A stretch of 64,000 bases of DNA. Origin: Chryseobacterium sp. (GTDB taxonomy: Bacteria > Bacteroidota > Bacteroidia > Flavobacteriales > Weeksellaceae). Position 1 is the first letter of the stretch. Each line of letters begins with the position of its first letter. The notes beneath the pieces were generated by a model that did not search any database, had not been told where the DNA came from, and saw nothing but the letters and a program-made list of their open reading frames with translations. Positions 56,003-64,000 of the stretch are shown in pieces. The stretch spans positions 8,741-72,740 of the forward strand of contig JAGLBA010000009.1 of NCBI GenBank assembly GCA_018260475.1, read 5' to 3'. A program made the position numbers and the translations under genes.

Positions 56003-57058
56003 TTAGTTTTTATAAAAACCATTTGCACCCATACCTGCTTTAAAAGTTTTCAGCAAAGTTCCTGCGGTATTGTAAACTGAAACTTCGGAATCTTCGGTAA
56101 AGGCTTTGGCATCGGATACGAAGATTTTTCCATCCAAAACACTGAATCCATATGGGGTAAAATTCAGCGTAACGATCGCCGTAGTAGGAGGCATCGAAGA
56201 ACCAGCTACCATAGTGTACACTTTTTTCCCAGCAACTAGATAGATTTGATTACCATCCAATGCAATTGCCGACGCCGACATGCCCGGAATCACAGTTTTA
56301 GTAAAGGTTCCTGCCGCCGCATCCACTGTGTAAAGGTTTGTTTCCGCAGAACTGCTACTGACCACATACACATTTTTGCTGTCCGCGGTCATATCTTGAA
56401 TGATACCCGTATCGGATAATGTGATGGTCTTGTCGACGGAATTGTTCGCCGGGTTTACACGCGTGATGGTGTGGCCGGTCGCATACGGAAGCCAAGTGGT
56501 TGTATCATAAGCTGTTCCATCTGTTTGAACATAGATAAAATTTGCAGCGGATACCACTTTTTCAGAATAACGATCGAAAGAAATAGTTTTTACAAACGCA
56601 TTAGCATTGTTATAAATATTTAATTTTCTTGAACTAAAGAAGTCGTTTTGAGTTACATATTTGTTTCCGCCGTAAATTGCAATGTATCTTGGCTGGACAA
56701 GATTCTCAGTCACCGTAGCCACTTTTTTGAAAGTGTAGCGATTTACAATTTCAATTTTATTAGAATTATTTACAACCAAATAAGCATTATCTCCCTCAAA
56801 ACCAACTGATTGTAGAATATCACCCAGTTGCGCACCACCATTATTACTACCAAAAACTTTGTGTTCGATGGTGGATAAATCTTTTGAAGCAAATGAAACT
56901 TCCGCATTCGGTTTTCCAAAATTCCCTTCATTAGCGATAAAATAGCCGTTTTCGTAGGCACCTTTCGGGGTTGTTAAAACTTCGTCATCTTTTCGACAAG
57001 CGGTTGTAAGAAGTAATGCGGAAGCAAAGACCGCAGTAAGTAATTTGTTGATTTTCAT
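56003..57058 (-). CDS. surface lipoprotein, probably beta-propeller-like; candidate B12-capture partner of BtuB
   Basis: Lipobox LLLTTAC. 351 aa of repetitive beta-strand-rich sequence (..YV.N....I.V.. motifs recur). Lies 9 nt downstream of the riboswitch-controlled receptor gene. The functional call is inference from context. Confidence 0.6.
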   Translation of the reverse strand: MKINKLLTAVFASALLLTTACRKDDEVLTTPKGAYENGYFIANEGNFGKPNAEVSFASKDLSTIEHKVFGSNNGGAQLGDILQSVGFEGDNAYLVVNNSNKIEIVNRYTFKKVATVTENLVQPRYIAIYGGNKYVTQNDFFSSRKLNIYNNANAFVKTISFDRYSEKVVSAANFIYVQTDGTAYDTTTWLPYATGHTITRVNPANNSVDKTITLSDTGIIQDMTADSKNVYVVSSSSAETNLYTVDAAAGTFTKTVIPGMSASAIALDGNQIYLVAGKKVYTMVAGSSMPPTTAIVTLNFTPYGFSVLDGKIFVSDAKAFTEDSEVSVYNTAGTLLKTFKAGMGANGFYKN

Positions 57059-57067
57059 AATATAAAT

Positions 57068-58891
57068 TTATAGGTTTATGTTAAAATTAAATGCAAAATT
57101 CCGTTTTGGGAGAGGATAGAAAGAAGTGGTTTCATAAACTTGGTTGGTAAGATTGTTAATTTTGAACCCCATTTTATAATGCTTAAAAACCGTTGTAAAG
57201 ACGCCCGTATTCAGTACGAAATACGGCTGCAATGCATTTTCATTACTTTCATCCGATGTGGTGTAAGTCAATCCGTTATACATTCCTTGGAAATAAATCC
57301 CGAAGTCGCGCCAGCCGTATTCCACCGTCCCGAATACTTTCTGAAACGGCACATATTGCAGCTGCTTTTTAGTCTCTAAATTTTGTGAATGGGTGTAGGC
57401 ATACCCGATATTGAATTTAACAAAATGGTCCTGCCATTTTTGGTTATAGCCCATCGCTGCTTCCACCCCGAAAGATCTTACGCGATTAGTATTCACGGGA
57501 GTCCACATACCGCCCTCTGAGGGTAACCACCGGATCATATCTACTATATCGATGAAAAACGGTGTCGCCGAAATACGGTAATTTTTAAATTTTATTTCTT
57601 GCGACAGTTCAGCCTGCCAGGAAGTTTCCGGTTTCAGCAGTAAGTTTCCGCCCGGCTGCCAATAAAGATCATTGAAAGAAGGTGCACGAAAATTTCGTGA
57701 AGTATTAAGTTTTAAGGTGTAAAATTCGGCCGGATGCCAGCGGGTACCAAAAGAAAGCAGCAGTGGTGCTTCGTAATTTTCGATCAATTCCTTTTTTACA
57801 CCAGCTTCAAAAAAGACAGATTCGGTCGGTTGATATGACAATAATCCCGCGGCAGAAAAAACGGTGCGTTTTGCATTATGAATGCCAGATCGATAGCCTT
57901 GTCCTCTTATGTTTTGAAATTCACCCAATACATTAAGTGAAAAATTCCGTGCTATTTGATAATAAAAATCTTCCTTAATCAAAAAAGTGTTCGCTGTACC
58001 ACCGCTACTCTTCGGCTGGTCTTTATTCGCAAAATAATTAAAATTTTCTTCTAACAAAGCAATTTTTAAGTCGTTTTCAATCGATTTTTGCTGATAATTC
58101 CAGTTAATGATATTGCGGGAAGATCTTGTCGCATATTTAGTGCGTATCTGGTTTTCGGAAAATATAGGAAAATGCTGATGTCCGTCAAAAAATTGCGACT
58201 GCAAAAAGAATTTATTCGAAGACCCTATTCGATAACCAAAACCCGTGGATAAAACAGTATTTGTATATTGTCCGTTGGTATTTTTATAGAGTTTTTCCGC
58301 GACTTCATAATCGTTATTGCTTTCTAAGTGCGATGCAGAAATATTTACGCTCAAATTATCCCTGCTAAAAGCTGTTTTCCAGGAAGAATTGATAGTTCCA
58401 AATGATGCAATCTCACCAAATAATTCGGAAGAAAAACCTTTGCGGAAAGATAATTGGTTGTTGAGATGGATGCTTCCCCCTATCGCACCACTGCCATACC
58501 GCACGCTTCCGCCACCAGGTTTAACAACAATTTCATCGTACCCAAGAAGGCCCAAATTATTGATGTCACCCTGACCCAGGAATACGGAATTGACATTGAT
58601 TCCGTTCCATACAAAAGCCGTTTGCTGAGCGGTAGTCCCACGAAATGATGGCGAAGAAACCATACCCCTACCATTTTCCTTGATGAAAACAGAAGTCTGA
58701 AAACGCAGTGTTTCGGATAGATTTGTAGATGTTCTTTGGAAATTTTCTGCTGATATTCTCTGAACAGACTGGGTTTTGGCCGCGCCCTTTAGTTGGCGGT
58801 CAAAGATGTATACAGTATCTATCTGTGTTTCTTGGGCAGCAGAAAATACGCAAAAGAAGCCGAAAACGGCAGATAGTTTTCTTATTATCAT
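57068..58891 (-). CDS. btuB: TonB-dependent receptor, BtuB-like (cobalamin)
   Basis: 607 aa (BtuB-sized). Signal peptide, plug-domain motifs (...FRGTTAQQTAFVWNGINVN...) and a beta-barrel. Directly preceded by a cobalamin riboswitch. Confidence 0.8.
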   Translation of the reverse strand: MIIRKLSAVFGFFCVFSAAQETQIDTVYIFDRQLKGAAKTQSVQRISAENFQRTSTNLSETLRFQTSVFIKENGRGMVSSPSFRGTTAQQTAFVWNGINVNSVFLGQGDINNLGLLGYDEIVVKPGGGSVRYGSGAIGGSIHLNNQLSFRKGFSSELFGEIASFGTINSSWKTAFSRDNLSVNISASHLESNNDYEVAEKLYKNTNGQYTNTVLSTGFGYRIGSSNKFFLQSQFFDGHQHFPIFSENQIRTKYATRSSRNIINWNYQQKSIENDLKIALLEENFNYFANKDQPKSSGGTANTFLIKEDFYYQIARNFSLNVLGEFQNIRGQGYRSGIHNAKRTVFSAAGLLSYQPTESVFFEAGVKKELIENYEAPLLLSFGTRWHPAEFYTLKLNTSRNFRAPSFNDLYWQPGGNLLLKPETSWQAELSQEIKFKNYRISATPFFIDIVDMIRWLPSEGGMWTPVNTNRVRSFGVEAAMGYNQKWQDHFVKFNIGYAYTHSQNLETKKQLQYVPFQKVFGTVEYGWRDFGIYFQGMYNGLTYTTSDESNENALQPYFVLNTGVFTTVFKHYKMGFKINNLTNQVYETTSFYPLPKRNFAFNFNINL

Positions 58892-58898
58892 AGTCAGG

Positions 58899-59079
58899 CT
58901 TTTCCTCCGAAAGCATTAATTTAGTTAGCACTTTGGTAAGGTCTCCTGACTTTCACATTGCTCTGCCTTCCCGTTTCCAGTGGCTTTTTTAGAACAATTA
59001 TGTTTTCCAATAAATGAAAAAAGTGATCTACAGTTGCGGGGACAGCACTGGATTCTCACCAGTTTCCCTTTACCGAAAG
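58899..59079 (-). promoter_or_regulatory. cobalamin (B12) riboswitch
   Basis: The minus strand reads GGUAAAGGGAAACUGGUGAGAAUCCAGUGCUGUCCCCGCAACUGUA...AGCCACUGGAAACGGGAAGGC...AGUCAGGAGACCUUACC (B12 box). These are the conserved core blocks, in the right order, in the 5' leader of btuB. Confidence 0.85.
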
Positions 59080-59084
59080 TTCTT

Positions 59085-59116
59085 CAAATATAAGAGTTAT
59101 TTTTATTTAACCACAA
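59085..59116 (-). promoter_or_regulatory. TTG-N21-TATATTTG promoter driving the riboswitch/btuB transcript
   Basis: -7 box at 59092-59085 and -33 TTG at 59116-59114 on the minus strand, a few nt before the riboswitch P1 region. Confidence 0.5.
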
Positions 59117-59239
59117 CCTTTAACGATAATAAGAGTAAAATATCTTTTTTACAACCAAAAAACATCCAGAAGATTAAAAGTTATAAAGAAAACAAATCAA
59201 ATTATATTTAAAAAAAAATTATGGCTTTTGTGTTAATGA

Positions 59240-59719
59240 TTATAACATAGATGAATCGAAGGAAAAAGGTAACAAATTTCGGATAGATTTCGTCTTGATA
59301 ATATCGCCTTCCAACGAGGCAAAAGAGATTTCTACATCAGTATTTTGTCGGCTTTCATACTCCAAAATCGCCTGTCGGCACGCGCCACAAGGCGGAATGG
59401 CGATGAATGAAACAGCATCTTTCGGTGCGCCTATTACGAACAATTTTTTGATTCCAACATTTGGAAAATTTGCTGATGCCCAAAAAATAGCCGTTCGCTC
59501 GGCACACAACCCCGATGGATAAGCGGCATTTTCCTGGTTATTACCCGAAATTATTTCACCATTTTCAAGTAAAATTGCACAACCTACTAAAAAATTGGAG
59601 TACGGCGCATAGGCCTTTCGCCTGGCATCCATTGCGGTATTGAAGAGCTTTTGGTCTTCCTCCTGCAATTTTTCAAAGCCATCTATGACTTCAAAATTAA
59701 ATTTAAACTCTTTTTCCAT
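59240..59719 (-). CDS. cdd: cytidine deaminase
   Basis: Zinc motifs CAERTAI and PCGACRQ; 159 aa. Confidence 0.9.
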   Translation of the reverse strand: MEKEFKFNFEVIDGFEKLQEEDQKLFNTAMDARRKAYAPYSNFLVGCAILLENGEIISGNNQENAAYPSGLCAERTAIFWASANFPNVGIKKLFVIGAPKDAVSFIAIPPCGACRQAILEYESRQNTDVEISFASLEGDIIKTKSIRNLLPFSFDSSML

Positions 59720-59721
59720 CG

Positions 59722-60003
59722 TTAAAGTTCATGATCCTCAAACTGCTCTAAGAAATAGGAAAAGTTGAATTCCTCCACCTCATCATCGGCATCCTCGAGC
59801 GTCGTCAAAAGATCCTCGAAAGTTTCCAACTGATCCACACTCATATTGACAAACTCCAACTCCAAAGGGAGTTCTACCTCGCCCGTTATGCTGTCATAGA
59901 GAGCATCCAAGTTATCTCCGAAATGTTCTGGTAGAGTGATGTGCTTCTTTAGTTCGGCGTAGAAATCTTCGTAATCCCCAATATTTGTGAAATCTATTTT
60001 CAT
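59722..60003 (-). CDS. barstar family ribonuclease inhibitor
   Basis: 93 aa, acidic. ...DFYAELKKHITLPEHFGDNLDALYDSITG...LELEFVN pattern of barstar. Lies immediately downstream of the RNase gene. Confidence 0.75.
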   Translation of the reverse strand: MKIDFTNIGDYEDFYAELKKHITLPEHFGDNLDALYDSITGEVELPLELEFVNMSVDQLETFEDLLTTLEDADDEVEEFNFSYFLEQFEDHEL

Positions 60004-60091
60004 TTTTTATTAATTTGTTGATGCGTTTATTTGTTTTGTTAATTTAGTTTAATTCAAATAGTAGAATAACCCTTAAACAAATCGTCCTAAA

Positions 60092-60631
60092 CTATCTTTT
60101 TTCAAAATTCTTATAATGGTCGTGTGTTACCCACACATCACCATTTTTGGTGAAGACAATGCGGTCTGCGCCTCGGTGCCCACAATGGTAATTCACATCC
60201 GCCTCGAAATATTGTGCTCCTGCGGGCAAAGTTTTTTCACGGTTGCTGAAATGGTTGCCCCCGATAGCTTTTCCGGGAAGTACCTCGCAGAGGTTTCCTT
60301 GTGAAGCATCCCAACCTGCCTTTCTCGCTTCGGATTTGGTCATATAAAAATCCGGAAGTTCATGGTTTTGTTTAACGAAATTAATTACAGAATTTTCCTC
60401 GGTGAGTTGCTCAATATTTCCAGATGAGGAAGTCTGTCCCGAAGAAACCGGCGTACTTAGATCTTTTTGTAATGAATTTTTATCGTTTTTAGCACAATTA
60501 AAACAATCAGTCGGTGTAGTGATGTATGTATTTTTCTTTTCAATTTTAAAATTATTAAAAAGATACATCCCCAACACCGCAATTAAAACGCAAATAATAA
60601 GATAGGGATAAAGTTTTTTATTTTGATTCAT
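60092..60631 (-). CDS. secreted barnase/guanyl-specific-type ribonuclease
   Basis: N-terminal TM/signal segment (YPYLIICVLIAVLGMYLF), a Ser-rich linker, then an RNase domain ...TKSEARKAGWD...GG..FSNRE..LP....YFEADV......RGADRIVF. Start set at ATG 60631. Confidence 0.8.
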   Translation of the reverse strand: MNQNKKLYPYLIICVLIAVLGMYLFNNFKIEKKNTYITTPTDCFNCAKNDKNSLQKDLSTPVSSGQTSSSGNIEQLTEENSVINFVKQNHELPDFYMTKSEARKAGWDASQGNLCEVLPGKAIGGNHFSNREKTLPAGAQYFEADVNYHCGHRGADRIVFTKNGDVWVTHDHYKNFEKR

Positions 60632-60700
60632 AAGTTTAAAAATAAGGAACGGTAATGGGCGATGGGTAATTGGCAATAAGTAATATTAGAGAATTATCCA

Positions 60701-61492
60701 TTAATTCCGCCATTCCTCCGGGATATCGCACACCGGAATTGGGTTGATTTTGTGCTGAGCAGCGGCATTCATTCGTTTAAAAATTTGGTAAACCTCCAAA
60801 TCACGCCCCGAATAATCCGCTTCCGTTTTTTTACCCCACTCTTTTTGGATCTTTTCAAGTTCTGGATAAGTAGCTCCAATCTGCTGTTCGTCCGTGCGGT
60901 CCACATCCCAAAGTCCGTCGGTAGGAATGGCATTTTTTATGGATTCCGGGAGATCCAGCGAGCGCGCCAGTTCGTAAACCTCCGTTTTGTAGAGATCGGC
61001 AATCGGGGAAACATCTACTCCGCCATCGCCATATTTGGTATAAAATCCGATTCCGAAATCCTCCACTTTATTTCCGGTTCCGCACACCAAAAGACCATTA
61101 ATTTGACCGTAATAATACAGCGTGAGCATTCTCAAACGGCTCCTGGTATTGGCAAAAGCGAGTTTTTCAGCAGGAAAATCATCATCTTTTACATCAAAAG
61201 TTTTGTACAGTTCCTCGAAAGCAGGAGTCAGGTTTACAGATTTAGTTTCAACATTCGGGAATTTATCTTTTAAGAAATGTAGGTGTTCCAATGCGCGGTT
61301 TACTTGGTCCTGGTTTTGACGAATGGGCATTTCCATCGCCAGAACTTTCAGTCCGGTCATCGCACACAATGTGGACACTACTCCGGAATCCACTCCCCCG
61401 GAAACTCCAATGACATATCCCTTTACATGGGCCTTTTCGGCATAATCTTTCAGCCAGGTTACAATTCTTTCGGTTACTTTATCGGTTTGCAT
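60701..61492 (-). CDS. nadE: ammonia-dependent NAD+ synthetase
   Basis: PP-loop GVSGGVDSGVV; 263 aa; C-terminal motifs are typical of NadE. Confidence 0.9.
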   Translation of the reverse strand: MQTDKVTERIVTWLKDYAEKAHVKGYVIGVSGGVDSGVVSTLCAMTGLKVLAMEMPIRQNQDQVNRALEHLHFLKDKFPNVETKSVNLTPAFEELYKTFDVKDDDFPAEKLAFANTRSRLRMLTLYYYGQINGLLVCGTGNKVEDFGIGFYTKYGDGGVDVSPIADLYKTEVYELARSLDLPESIKNAIPTDGLWDVDRTDEQQIGATYPELEKIQKEWGKKTEADYSGRDLEVYQIFKRMNAAAQHKINPIPVCDIPEEWRN

Positions 61493-61683
61493 ATATTGGT
61501 TGTTGGTTATTGTCTGATAGTTGTTAGTTGGTGGCTCTTGGATTTTGGTTATCGGCTCTTACTTCATACCAAAAACATGTAGCACCATCGGCTTCATCGG
61601 CTTCATTTTCGATTTTTGTGCTTTAAATTAACTATAAAAATAATGAAGTCCGAAAAGATATCCACGAGAAACTTCACTTTTCT

Positions 61684-61959
61684 TCAAGAAAGCAAGTGAT
61701 TTTCTTTTATTCTAAACTTTTCTAATTCTTTTGGAAGCTCATTTTTCCATTTTGCAAGAAACGGAAGTTCGAATTTTTCCTCACGAAATTCATCGGGCGT
61801 CATAATGGGAATCCCACTGATAATCGGGTAATATCTTCTGCAGTTGCTGCAGGTTAGCAAACCATCAGTCACTGTTTCTTCCGCCGAATTAAAAACAGTA
61901 AGTTCAAGATCGGCATGGTCAAAAGGACAGCATAGTTTCTCTAAAATTTTATGTTGCAC
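61684..61959 (-). CDS. Trm112-family zinc-ribbon-like small protein
   Basis: 91 aa. LCCPFDHADL...LTCSNCRRYYPIISGIPIM pattern. GTG start overlaps the upstream stop by 11 nt. Confidence 0.7.
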   Translation of the reverse strand: MQHKILEKLCCPFDHADLELTVFNSAEETVTDGLLTCSNCRRYYPIISGIPIMTPDEFREEKFELPFLAKWKNELPKELEKFRIKENHLLS

Positions 61960-62539
61960 TGAGTTTTGTTTTTAAATTGTTAATTTTTTTACCAATATCC
62001 TCCGCCCTCATGATTTCGGAAATCATGGCAACACCATCAAAATCCAGACCTGTGAGTTTATCGAGATTTTCTTCTGATATACCTCCCGCCAAGAAAATTT
62101 CACCATCATAATAATCCCGCGCCAAACTGATTATCTCACGATTCACCAGCTCACAGGCGGTTGCAGACCGTGTTGGAAAAACCGAGCAGAAAGAAATATA
62201 ATCTGCGCCCAGCTTATATGCCTGTTGCAGTGCCGAAACATCATTTCCTACGGTAACGCCCAATATCTTTTGTTTTTTATTAAAATCGGCTGGAATTGCG
62301 TCAAAATGAATCCCATCAGCCTCCAAAGTTTCAAAAATAGAAATATTATTATATATCAAAAGTGGAATATGATAAAAGCGACAGAGTTTTTTAATTTCAA
62401 ACAGTTGATCTAAATTAGCACCTTCGGTATTAAATATTTGCAAACGATCTACACCGCTAGACAATGCTTGTTCAAGTTTCAAGTGCAATACGTCAAATTC
62501 TTCCGACGCATCTGCAATGAGATAAATTTTTCTATTCAT
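61949..62539 (-). CDS. thiamine-phosphate synthase (ThiE/TenI)-like protein
   Basis: About 196 aa TIM-barrel-like protein. IYLIAD..., ...GADYISFCSVFPT.S..., ...LAGGIS.ENL... resemble ThiE/TenI blocks. ATG 62539 overlaps the upstream stop by 8 nt. Confidence 0.6.
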   Translation of the reverse strand: MNRKIYLIADASEEFDVLHLKLEQALSSGVDRLQIFNTEGANLDQLFEIKKLCRFYHIPLLIYNNISIFETLEADGIHFDAIPADFNKKQKILGVTVGNDVSALQQAYKLGADYISFCSVFPTRSATACELVNREIISLARDYYDGEIFLAGGISEENLDKLTGLDFDGVAMISEIMRAEDIGKKINNLKTKLSAT

Positions 62540-63575
62540 CACCTATTGCTTTAGAAAATGCTTCCCAATATGGATCTTCCTCTAAATAAACTAGCGGGTA
62601 ACGCCCATCATTGTCAAAGATTATTTTAGCCTCGCTGTCAGACAAAAATCTACCAATTTCTGTTACATCTATATTTTCTTTATTAAAATGTTCTATTATT
62701 TGATCTGCAAAATTTGGATCCACAGCCATGAGAAGGCTTCCTGCACCTATAATTCTTTCCGGAGGTAATGAAAAAGCCCTGCAGACTTCGGCAGAAATTT
62801 CGTTGGTTTTTATTTTGCCGAGATCTACCTCTATTCCAAGTCCTGCCGCAGTGCAAAACTCATACGCCGCACCTAAAACTCCGCCTTCGGTAACATCGTG
62901 CATGGCGTGAATTATTTGCTTTTCTTTATTAAGTTGGGCGGCGATTTTTGCTTCCGGCATAATTGAAATTTGATAAAAAAGACGCTCAAAATAATCTCGT
63001 TTGGTTTCACCAAAAATCTCTATCATCTTTTTAGGAAAGTTTAATCCCAAAATAGCAACGGCAGAAATGGCGGCCTGTTTGGTCATTAATAGCACATCGC
63101 CGGGACGCGCCATCTGTGAGGTAAGAAAGTTTTCTCTTTTTGAAATCGCCACCATCGTTCCTCCCCCGGAAATAGTAGAATTTTGACCAGGAACAAAAGC
63201 CGTATGACCGCCAGTAATGGCAATAGCCGCATCTTCGCAGAAAGAGTGTAAATGTTGCCAATAATCACGAAATTCTTCCTCCGAAAGATAATCCGGCATA
63301 TTTAAAACCATTTGAAAATATTGTGGCATAACACCACTTGTAGCCACATCGTTCGCCGTGAGGTGAACAGAAAGCCAGGCAGATTTTTCTGCTCCTAACC
63401 CCGGAATATAAGAAAGCGGATCGCTCGCCATGGCCATTGCCAAACCACCATCTATAGCAACCAAAGCCGTATCTACGCCAAACGCTGGTCCGGCGATGAT
63501 ATTAGAAGAACTCCTACCAAAGCTGCCCCCAAAAAAATCTTTAAATTTTGAAGGTGAAATTTTTCCGCCAGCCAT
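62532..63575 (-). CDS. AIR synthase-related (PurM/ThiL/HypE-fold) protein
   Basis: 347 aa. N-domain GVDTALVAI...SDPL and C-domain ...GGHTA... and ...MHDVTEGGV... are typical of the PurM superfamily. The ATG overlaps the upstream stop (TAATG). Confidence 0.7.
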   Translation of the reverse strand: MAGGKISPSKFKDFFGGSFGRSSSNIIAGPAFGVDTALVAIDGGLAMAMASDPLSYIPGLGAEKSAWLSVHLTANDVATSGVMPQYFQMVLNMPDYLSEEEFRDYWQHLHSFCEDAAIAITGGHTAFVPGQNSTISGGGTMVAISKRENFLTSQMARPGDVLLMTKQAAISAVAILGLNFPKKMIEIFGETKRDYFERLFYQISIMPEAKIAAQLNKEKQIIHAMHDVTEGGVLGAAYEFCTAAGLGIEVDLGKIKTNEISAEVCRAFSLPPERIIGAGSLLMAVDPNFADQIIEHFNKENIDVTEIGRFLSDSEAKIIFDNDGRYPLVYLEEDPYWEAFSKAIGDE

Positions 63576-64000
63576 TAGTCATTAAATTTAATATAAATAC
63601 CAAAAAAGTCTCCAACGGGAACTTTCCACTCGCTAAAAGGAAACCACGACGGCAAGCCTGTGCAGTTCCAAAAAATTTCAAGATCCCTGTCCGGCAGTGC
63701 TTCTGCAATTATTCTTTTCAAACTGCCCACCGTATAAAAAGTTGCCGTGCGATAGAATTCATTTTTGCCAACCGCTTGTTGCACTCTTCGGCGAATTAGT
63801 TTCGGGGTGATTTTATTCATCATCCCCATAGCAATGCCGTGTCGCGAAACACGCGCGGCTTCTTGTAAAACACGGTGTGGATCTTTGTAATATTCAAAAG
63901 TATTCATAAAAATGACGGCATCGAAAGTACTATCCTTGAAGGGCATAAAGTGTGAATCTGCCATCACAAGATTTCCGCCAAAAAGGTGTAGTGCCTGGGA
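63575..64000 (-). CDS. class I SAM-dependent methyltransferase (Methyltransf_11-like), 5' end outside the window
   Basis: The reading frame is open to the window edge (...SQALHLFGGNLVMADSHFMPFKDSTFDAVIFMNTFEYYKDPHRVLQEAARV...). The post-motif-I/II region of a class I MTase is visible. Confidence 0.7.
   Translation of the reverse strand, partial: SQALHLFGGNLVMADSHFMPFKDSTFDAVIFMNTFEYYKDPHRVLQEAARVSRHGIAMGMMNKITPKLIRRRVQQAVGKNEFYRTATFYTVGSLKRIIAEALPDRDLEIFWNCTGLPSWFPFSEWKVPVGDFFGIYIKFND

Noticed and set aside
59014-59211. 65-aa plus-strand ORF between btuB and cdd
   Set aside because: It overlaps the minus-strand cobalamin riboswitch and its promoter. It is K/Y/F-rich and low in complexity. 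The non-coding explanation fully accounts for the region.
1-64000. CRISPR arrays, rRNA genes, tmRNA/SRP/6S RNAs, intact IS elements, prophage or integrase genes
   Set aside because: I scanned all spacers longer than 150 bp by eye. I found no regularly spaced direct repeats, no rRNA-like conserved blocks and no intact transposase or integrase ORF. A covariance-model scan could still reveal small ncRNAs that I cannot recognise by eye.

Overview
This is a 64-kb chromosomal window from an AT-rich Bacteroidota genome, most likely Flavobacteriales (Chryseobacterium/Weeksellaceae-like). That placement is inference from gene content (Bat aerotolerance operon, PadR-PspC, YfhO, many signal-peptide OMP/TPR/lipoproteins) and from TAnnTTTG -7 promoter boxes in front of genes. 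The window holds about 60 densely packed protein-coding genes, mostly housekeeping or core metabolism: hmgA 3' end, rsmB, phnA, ABC-F, ansA, poxB, dgt, gcvP, a mutS2-like gene, menF, rlmB, cdd and nadE. It also holds two tRNAs (Ser-GGA, Arg-CCG) and one cobalamin riboswitch driving a BtuB-like receptor plus a lipoprotein. There is one frameshifted IS-transposase remnant, a second candidate frameshifted pseudogene, several clear intrinsic terminators and a small family of GC-rich intergenic repeats. I saw no rRNA, CRISPR array, intact mobile element, prophage or recognisable multi-gene defence island. I did not find a convincing wholly novel system. The best candidate for uncharacterised biology is a translationally coupled methyltransferase / AIR-synthase-like / ThiE-like / Trm112 cassette at the right edge, which the window truncates. 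Other items worth a second look are the B12 riboswitch operon with apparent start-codon masking, the 7.2-kb stress/quinone gene segment bracketed by two inward-facing tRNAs with an IS remnant, the GC-rich repeat family at 3.0-6.5 kb, a secreted barnase-type RNase with barstar, and two -7 promoter boxes placed 4 nt from start codons (possible leaderless mRNAs). All protein calls come from reading motifs by eye; no database search was possible.
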